Source of the DNA: Girardia tigrina
Taxonomy: Eukaryota
Direction: 5' to 3'
Assembly: GCA_001938485.1 (NCBI GenBank)
Contig: MQRK01179601.1
Span: forward strand, 74,831-138,830
DNA length: 64,000 nucleotides
Under the pieces are notes generated by a model. The model was not told where the DNA came from. It searched no databases and saw only the letters and a program-made list of their open reading frames with translations. This document shows, one piece after another, positions 54,931-64,000 of the stretch. The translations under genes and the position numbers were made by a program. Numbering within the stretch: position 1 is the first letter of the stretch; every line of letters begins with the position of its first letter.

Positions 54931-57419
54931 AGATCAATAATGAAAGTGGATATGGCATCATCTTCTTCTGGGGTGCTCAGCAGATCCCAGAAGCGGCGTG
55001 AGCAGAGGAAGCAAAAAGCTCAAATCTTTCAATAGGCCAAGAGTGAGCTGCAAGCTGTTTTTAAAACCAGTTGTTATTGAGGTTAACGTCCAATATGGAA
55101 AGACTGAAATGAGAAATGACACTGTTTTCGTATTGGGTTGTAACAATATGTAGTTGTAATAGACTGTAATAGTGGATGTACTTATGGATGTTTTATGATT
55201 AATTTAAATTCTTAAATCAAGAAAATTATCTGATTGATCAAACAAACCGAAAAGAGGTCAATCAAAGAATTTTCTGTTTCTTTTATTGAACAAGAATAAG
55301 TATTATTAGTTCTCAATAATTTATTTACCAATTTAACAAAAACAAGCAAACTTTCAACGGAATTCCCTTTAAACTAATTAAAATTTTGAAAAACTAAAAA
55401 GAAAAAATATCAATACCACTTAAATGGATCTTCATACTGTCAATGTTATTATTCAGAAATAGTTTGGACCTTTGTCAATGGTACCTTCTTTTGTAAATAA
55501 ATAATTGTAACTGCAAGTCAGATAAAAAATTTCTTGACGTCGAAATAATAAGCAAATGGTAGTAATGAACTTGTCTGGTAATTAGACTGGTAGGCAAAAA
55601 TTTCTTTGAGTCGAATTATTAGACTAATGACAATAAAGAGCTAGTCTGGCTGTGAGTAATTAAAAATTTGACAATCTGAATTTCAATCAGATTTACGTTA
55701 TTAATGAAATAATAATTTCAATATTGATTTTTTATTTGAATTTTAAAAATTCAAATATCCCATATTTCTATGGGACGCCGGAATTATTATTTAATCTGAC
55801 TTAATTTACCTTTGATAAAGACGGATTTTTTTTCTAAAAAGTATATTCTCTTTTGACGTTTCTCTTTCTCTTGTTTCTGAGCTATAATTTTATATGACGA
55901 ATTAATTTTCTTGTTGAAGCTATATCTGCGGGTCTAAAGCCTTTAACGTAAAAATAACAGTTTAGCTTTTCTGATATCCTGTGGACGCGAATATAAAATA
56001 AAAAAAATATAAAAATATAAAGACACACACAAACCACAAAACAAAAAAAATAATAAATAAAAAATAAGCAATATAAAAAATCAAATAAACATATCTCGAA
56101 TTTACTCTTGTCAATACCATCAAACTTTACCACAGATAGTACTAACACAGTCGAAAGAGACTCCAAATACATCCATCAATAAAAAAAAGGTCAATAACAT
56201 CCATACTCTATCAAACCAATAAAATTACTACAACACTCATTCCTGTCTCTCGATAAAAACGAAAATATTCTTGTATATTTTTTTATTTGTATATTGCCTT
56301 TACAGACACCAGTCAAAGAGCCTCTTCTGATTTTGATACCTCAAATCAAATTTCGTTGTTTTTTCCAACAAATAATTTCAAAGAGACTATAGAACATCAA
56401 GAATGACTGGACCTGAAGTCAAAACTTGAAATTCAGAAGGAGAATCGTGACCGCCTACAATTCCGCTCTATCACAACTGATAAAAGTGAAGAGTTTGTAA
56501 ATCTATCAGATTTGTATGACTAAGGACGATGGGTGGATTGCTTTTTGTTTTGCTTTGCTTTCTTTTGTTTTCTTGTTATATTTTAATAAAACAATGTCTA
56601 CATTTAATTTGTTCATGTTCTTTTAACTTTAATATCTGGTATGAAAATGATAAAATCATGATAAGAAATATAATAATCAAATCAAAAAGAAACGTTAAAA
56701 AATAAGATAATTATTAATTAAATGGAAGTAGCATAAGTCAACTTTCATAGACCTAATATATTTAAATATAATGAAGAACCCAAAAGGTACTTCATCAAGT
56801 TGCGAGATCAAAGGGCCAGATGGGGTTGATTGGGTACAATATGGATCTCTAATAAGTGTGAATTAGGGACATTTTACGGAGAGACATATCCAAATAATAT
56901 GTTGGGTAAATTTGCAACACTCACAGTACAAAAATTAATAAAATTAAAATAATATAAAACCCAACACTTGTATGTTTACTGAGATGGTACTGCTATGTAT
57001 GGCGGAGGTAGGGACCCCCTTTTTATGTATATTGGACCTCTCGAGTCATAACTCAATATTATTCGGTTCGATATTTGCTTCCACTCCTGATTGGTACTGA
57101 TTACCGAAAAGGATAAACGATCCCAATAGTGGGCCTCTCTTAGTGCTGGCATGAAACCCGATGTCCCAGTGCTCCCCACTCAATTCCCCAATCAATCAGA
57201 CGTACCGGAAAGCACTAAAACTAATTCTCAAAAAATTGTGTTTATATTAATAAATTTTGTCTATATAGAAAGTAAGCTAATAAAAAGAATCGAAAAATAT
57301 ATATTGATCAAAAAATGAAGTCGTTACAAAATTAGAAAAAAAGTATAACATTCTAGTAATATAATTATTTGCTAATTATTTATTAACATTTATTTACAAA
57401 CATTACATCATTAAAAATG

Positions 57420-57466
<47 letters not shown>

Positions 57467-58899
57467 AAAGTAAATATTTTGTTTAATTTAACAATTTATT
57501 AATTAAAATTGTTCTGAATAAATAATATTAGACTCCGACATTTTTTTTCACTTTTGTGCTCTAAAAATAAAAAAAATCTTCTTTAATGTCAAATAAAAAA
57601 GTAATTTTTATTAATTGTGTTGATTTAACCACTTTTTATATATTTTCTCTAAAAGCGTTTTTATATTTGTAAAAATCCTTTTATTTTATATTGATATTCC
57701 TATTAATAGTATTTTTATTAAATAAAAACACTCAAATAATTCAAAAATAATAAAGAACGACATCTCTAATTAGAAAAAAAGTTTCAATCACATCTATAAA
57801 ACAATATTTGATAAAATCGACATACATTTCTTCTGTTCAACAATGTTTTTTATTAATTTCTTTCTGAAAGCATTCGCTTTTTGATAAATTGCCGATAAAC
57901 TTCAAATTTATTTTGTGAATGATATTCAATTTATTTATCTATTTATAATAAATTATAAAGATTTTTTAGAAATTTGACTAATATTAAATATTTAAAAATG
58001 TACCATTATGATCAAAAAAGTTTAAACTTAAACCCCGAAACATGAATCGATGTATTGCTTTTGCAAGGTGTCTTTAGGCAATATTTTTAAATATTACAAT
58101 TACTACTTAAGCACTCAAATAATATAAGGATAAAAATATATCAAAGAAGTCAAAAGTTTATGAAGAGGGATACCATTCTCATATAAAGGATAAAAAGGAT
58201 ACTCAATATCTACCCAAATTATTCTTAGCGTGACTTCATCAATTGTCTTCGTGCTTTTTTTTGAAAATGTCATATTTTAAGACTTAAATTTGTTAATTGT
58301 TTTCAAAACTGTTTTTATAATGGTTTTACTGACGAAATATGTGTTTTGGGGAATCAAAATGTTTTTGATTTTTAATGGGTCTTCTTTTTTTTCTTGACTG
58401 ATTTTGATTCCCGGCGGCGTAGGTAGGGCTTACATGCTGTCGCAAAAACCGGAAGAGTATCGGACTGGGAATCAATGAAGGATGTCAGATAGAAGAAGGG
58501 CACGAAGAGGAAAAATTTTAGAATTATAGATTCTTTGCTGGTGAAAAGAGAAAAATCTTTTTCACGTCAAAATGTCTCGAACCAAAATGTTGCGCACTGA
58601 TTGTTGTATCTCAGAGAAAGATGAGATATATTTATTTAATTTTATATTGAAGTTCAGTTTCTTCAAATTTTCGAACTGTGTTTTCATCAAATTATTCATT
58701 TCAAGTACAGCCTTATTCAAATCCGAAAAGAACTTCCAGACATCAATGTTACAATTTTTGGTCTCCTGGCTGACTTTATAAATTGGAGATTTTTTAACAT
58801 TAATAGCATTATTGAAACAGCTTTTGATATAAAAACTTTGTACATATTGGCAATGGTCCATGTCAAGTTGGGGTTGAGTATTTGTTTCTTGATTTCCTT

Positions 58900-59817
58900 T
58901 TAAAGCATTTTTAGAACCCTTGGAATCTGTATATTTTTGAACATTAGTTGTCGAACCTTTTTCCATACCAAAGACAAATGTTTTTTTAAAGTCTGAATAG
59001 ACTTTTTATTTTGCTGCTTTTTGGCTTCAACGATAGAGTTTAAAATAGCGGTATTGACTTTCTTTTCGTCGACATTGCTCATATATTTTGATTGAGCGAA
59101 CACTTTCTGTTTGACCTTTTTCGAATGATGAGCCACCTCGAAATTCTCTTTATATTCATTAAATACTTCTATAACTGTACAACTCGGAGACGAATTGATC
59201 AATCGATTCGAATTGTGAGATAGGACTTTGATTGGAGAACTTTCCAAAGATTCATGGAGCTTTAATTCTTCGATTTTTGAATTACCCATTTGCAATGACT
59301 CTATTTGCTTACACGCATGAACTCTATCGATTTTTACATAATCAGGATTAAAGAGACATTCATCTGTTTCATCAACACTATTAATTTTCATAATCTTATA
59401 TCGTTTTACTTTAAATGAAAATGCTGGATCTGAAACGGCTTCAGCAGATTTCCACTCGCAATAAATGTATGAAAATCCGCGAACTTTTTTTTCTGAGCCT
59501 TTCGATATTAAATCTAATACGTCAGAAATACTTACATTTCGCAATCCAAGCATCTTTTTAACAACTTTACTCTGATTTTCTAAATTTAATTCAAAATTTG
59601 AATCATCCTCACCATTTATTGAATTTTCGTCATTTGAATCTATTTTATTACCCACTTGAACAATTGCTAATTTTGGAATGAAATTCTTATTGCTAGTCTT
59701 TAACTCATCGATATGTAATTTCAATTTATCTCTTATTTTTTGAGACAAATCTTTGCCCGACAAAATTTTAGCTTCAGTTATATTTTGAGAACGTTTAAAT
59801 TCAATAAGTTTTGACAA
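58900..59817 (-). pseudogene. Chimeric open frame: MTHFD1 N-terminus + CHD6-9/Kismet chromodomain + unknown tail
   Basis: AKILSGKDLSQKIRDKLK...FIPKLAIVQVGNKIDSN (59632-59781), then VVKKML...FSYIYCEW...KVKRYK...LFNPDYVKIDRV (59305-59631). The expected ATG position reads ATA. Confidence 0.8.
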
Positions 59818-60342
59818 AATTTTCTTTATTTTTTAACACAAAGGCTTTTACAGATTATTATTTTTTAATAGAACAACAAGACACTTTTTTTAAATCGATC
59901 ATAAAACATAAATTGCAACTCCAAAAAAAACTGCCAATTGATTGCGAGAAACAAAATTGTTAATTGCATAATTTGTGACAAAAAATTATTTCATTTAACA
60001 TATACTCACACTTTTTTGCAGTTGACAATATGTGACACACCAAACACACAACGCATGAAAACTCAAACACATTCACATATTTCTCTCCCTTTTTAACACA
60101 CACCCTAGCACACACACCACTCTGTCAGACCTAATTGGTCCATTCAAATCAAATGTCATTTACAATCACAAAACAAAAAAAATTTCAAAATAAAACATCC
60201 GAACTCAAATCTATTTGTTTTAATACATCAAAAATTTAATAACCATAGAAACACTCGTAAGTCTCAAATCGTTTAAATTGGCTTGTTAAATCATTTACAA
60301 AGAATTATGCCATTACAAAACGTTATGAACGTGATGGTTTTA

Positions 60343-60389
<47 letters not shown>

Positions 60390-60521
60390 ATATATATTTT
60401 ATTTAATTTACTTTATTTAAAATTTATTTAATTTAACGTTTTTATTTAATCTAATTATTTAAAAATATTTACTTAACTCTAATTTAAATTTGGCTCAATT
60501 AAGAATTAAATGGAATCGCAA

Positions 60522-60712
60522 CGCGACCAATTCCCCCCTCCTTGAACCAACCAGGCTTCAACTTTTTCAAGAATCAACAGCTTCAATTTTAACAAACGGC
60601 TTATTACAATTTTCACAATTACACCGCGAACAATTCCCCCTTCCTTGAACCAACCCAACTTCAACTTCCCAAAGAATTACTAGATTCAACTTCAGTTTTA
60701 ACAAAACCGTTT
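60522..60712 (-). repeat. ~103-bp direct repeat containing a polypurine-tract/LTR-start-like junction
   Basis: Two copies of cgcga.caattccccc.tccttgaaccaacc; the minus strand reads AAGGA.GGGGGAAT followed by TG. Confidence 0.55.
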
Positions 60713-61724
60713 ATAATCATTATTTGCAATTTTTTCTTTCACAAGTGTATTTACAACTTTTTCTTTCGTTTTTTCCAACTGTCAGTTGTTTGGATAACTC
60801 TATCCTTTTTCTTTCTTCTCTTCCAATTCTCTATCCTTTGAAAAACTAGATCACCTTTCTTTCTTGTTTTCCAATGTTTTAAGCCACTATATATATATAT
60901 ATATNNNNNNNNNNNNNNNNNNNNNNNNNNNNNNNNNNNNNNNNNNNNNNNNNNATATATATATATATATATAATATTGTTTACATACAATTACAAGTTG
61001 TAGGTGATAGAAAAAAAGGCATTTCCAAAAAGTAATTGATTCGCAAGTTATTCATAAAAAAACCTAAAATTTAAAATCAAACTCAATTTTAATCTAAGTA
61101 AGTAAATGAGAAATTTTATTTATTAAAAAATTGAATTCAAAGTTATAAGATCATTTTCAAAGTTATTTGGATATTAAGCACTGACTTTATTTGGTAATAA
61201 ATTATAATGAAATAAAAAGGAATGAATAAATAATTATTAATAATAAATAAATTATAATAAATTAATTAAATAATAATTAATTAAATTAGAATAATTAAAA
61301 GAAACAAATTAAAAAATAATTATTAAATAAAAAGGAATAAATAAATAATTATAAATAATAAATTATAATAAATTAAATAATTAATATTTGTCTAAAATGT
61401 TAGTTTGTTTGTTGGTTTGTCAGTAACGCTATAATCAAAATGCTAAAAGCGACTCCATGTAAGTATGTTGTAAATCTGCACAGTCCACATCGAGACGATT
61501 CCATCGGTGCAGTGCATTTGCTGAAAGACTCCGGGAAGCCAAACAAAGCAACATAATAACAAATTAATTAAATTTACACAGAATATGAAACAGTAAATAA
61601 TAAATTATAATAATTGCGATTTAAAAATTAAAACAGAAACTTTAAAATACGAAAATTCAGCTCACCCGTCATATATGATTGCATAAAATAATAAAACATT
61701 AATTAATAAATATTCATAAATTAA

Positions 61725-62114
61725 CGGATAACATCAAATAGTAGGTGGACATGAAATAGTAGGTGTAATGAAGTTTTCAAAAAATTTTCCACCTACTATT
61801 TTAATCAAATAGTATGTGTATCGTTTTTAAATGATGTGTATGGTGAACGTTTTGTAAAAAAGTATTTGTCGGAATCCCAAAAAGAAACTGATCACAGTGA
61901 TAGTGAAGAAATATTAACTGANNNNNNNNNNNNNNNNNNNNNNNNNNNNNNNNNNNNNNNNNNNNNNNNNNNNNNNNNNNNNNNNNNNNNNNNNNNNNNN
62001 NNNNNNNNAAACAAAAGCACCAAATAGTAGGTGTAAACCAATATTGGGCGGCTTTTCAATTTTTTTTCCACCTACTATTAAAATAGTAGGTGTCCTACTA
62101 TTTCATGTTATCCG
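61725..62114. mobile_element. MITE with internal AAATAGTAGGTG repeats
   Basis: TIR cggataacat.aaatagtagg flanked by TTAA on both sides. Confidence 0.75.
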
Positions 62115-62702
62115 TTAATTAAAAATATTCGTAAATTAATTGATAAATATTAGGGTTTGGGTTAGGGTTAATATTTTTAGTGATATATAAAATATTAAAA
62201 TTTAATTGAGTCGACTCTTTACTCGGAAAAAAGTTTAGGGACTCGATGCGAATCGAGTCGAGAAAATAATGACTCAAAGACAACACAGCATCCTATAATA
62301 CTTAGAATGTCAGGTTAGTTTTTTTGTTTTTGATCCTAGAGTCCAGAACATTTTTTCTTTCCTTTTTCTTTTTTTGATAAATTTAAATTTAATATTTTTT
62401 TTAATTTTACAAATTAAATTACAATTTCAGGCAATAGAGTTGCAAAATACATATTTATATTTATACTTATATTAATTATTTTCTTTACAATATTTATATT
62501 AATTATTTCCTTTAAATATATTTTTTGATTTTTTTAAAAATAATATTTTAAATAATTAATATTAATGAATTAAAATATTAATAAAATAAATGAAGTAAAA
62601 ATGTTAAAAGAAAAATTATATTTATATTAATAATGTGATTAGATTAAAATACATTTAAATAATAACAATTGTTGTCAATTTAATTAATGGATAATGTATA
62701 TA

Positions 62703-62733
<31 letters not shown>

Positions 62734-63352
62734 ATTATTAATGAACAGAAAACGAAAAAAAATCAATTTTTATGAATAAAAAATACTAAAATAGATTATA
62801 AAAATTATATAATAAAAAATATGTAAAAATAAATAAGTAAAAAATAATAATTTTAAAACGAGTCAGCTGAAATAATTTTTAATGGATTTCAGAAATCAAC
62901 AAATAAATTAAAAAGTGTTTCAATGATAATTAAAACAAAAAAATCTTTAAAATCTTATTTTAAAAGCCGATCATAATTCACAAGATAACAATTATAAAGA
63001 ACAAGCTATTTACAGTACAACAAAGACAATTAAAACCCCCAAAAATCGATATCATATGATAAATTCTCAAGATCTTATTGTTAAAATGATCGATTTTTTT
63101 CAAATAATTTAATTTCCTTTTTTTAAAAATCGATCGATTAATTGATTAATTAATCGATAAATTAACTTACAATTCAGTATTTATTACATATAATTATTTC
63201 AACTGACATTTATCAATTGTTATCATTCATAATCATTTAAGATTTTTTGCATTAAAATGTATTTATTTTATTTTTTCGCCAGATAAAATGAAAAAAATAT
63301 ATGAAATAATATTTTAATTTTGAAATATACATTTTTAATAATGTATTAAACA

Positions 63353-63356
<4 letters not shown>

Positions 63357-63394
<38 letters not shown>

Positions 63395-63498
63395 NNNNNN
63401 NNNNNNNNNNNNNNNNNNNNNNNNNNNNNNNNNNNNNNNNNNNNNNNNNNNNNNNNNNNNNNNNNNNNNNNNNNNNATATATATATATATATATATAT
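63357..63498. repeat. (TA)n microsatellite (others near 54205, 57423, 60347, 60890, 62710)
   Basis: Directly visible; this one is interrupted by a gap. Confidence 0.95.
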
Positions 63499-64000
63499 AG
63501 GTAAATAGGCGCTTCACCTAATTGACGTTTCATCTAAATGACAGTTCGCCTAAATGAAGTTATAATAATATAGTCTTAATTAAGTGAATCACAAAATAAA
63601 AATATAGTTTAATAACATTTTTTATTAAAAAAACAATATTTTTTATTCATTAGATGATAGCTCATTCGAATCAAACGTTTTTTTCTTGTCAAAGTTGTAA
63701 TGAGTGGATATTTTCGTAAGCTGAACCTCAATTGAACTTTGGATGCGAGAATGCTCATCATGATCACCATTTGTATCAATCAGGGAAGCAGTTTCTCAGC
63801 TGATCCGTGTACCATTGCGATATTTGAATTGAAACATAGTCTTCCTTTCATAGAAAACAGTAGCTGAAATGGTTCCATTTTTGTTGAAGTCTGAACATTA
63901 TAATTATAGCCATACACCACTTGAAGTAGCTTTTCATCCCTATTTTGTGATCTTTATCTATCACTTTTTTTAGTCTTGTTTGTAGAGTCTGATAAATCTG

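Noticed and set aside
57085-57130. Possible hammerhead ctgatta-cc-gaaaa-gg-ataaac
   Set aside because: Both core motifs are broken; too degenerate to support.

Overview
Very AT-rich, gap-containing eukaryotic scaffold. It is almost certainly metazoan, because it carries a CHD6-9/Kismet-type chromodomain fragment. It is essentially a transposon graveyard. DNA transposons: MULEs with 8-9 bp TSDs, Tc1/mariner/pogo with TA TSDs, hAT (Buster- and hATm-like), and TTAA-flanked MITEs. Retroelements: Ty3/gypsy fragments, a recurring solo-LTR family with TG...TA ends and 5-bp TSDs, restriction-like-endonuclease (R2/NeSL-type) and other LINE remnants, and Penelope-like remnants with degenerate minimal hammerhead ribozymes. 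No clearly intact host gene was recognised. The most unusual signal is a set of intronless, TCGA-rich host-gene fragments that appear stitched together. The clearest case is a 305-codon open frame fusing the N-terminus of C1-THF synthase (MTHFD1) to a CHD7/Kismet chromodomain; another is a DBF4-like mosaic. All family assignments come from motifs recognised by eye; no searches were run.
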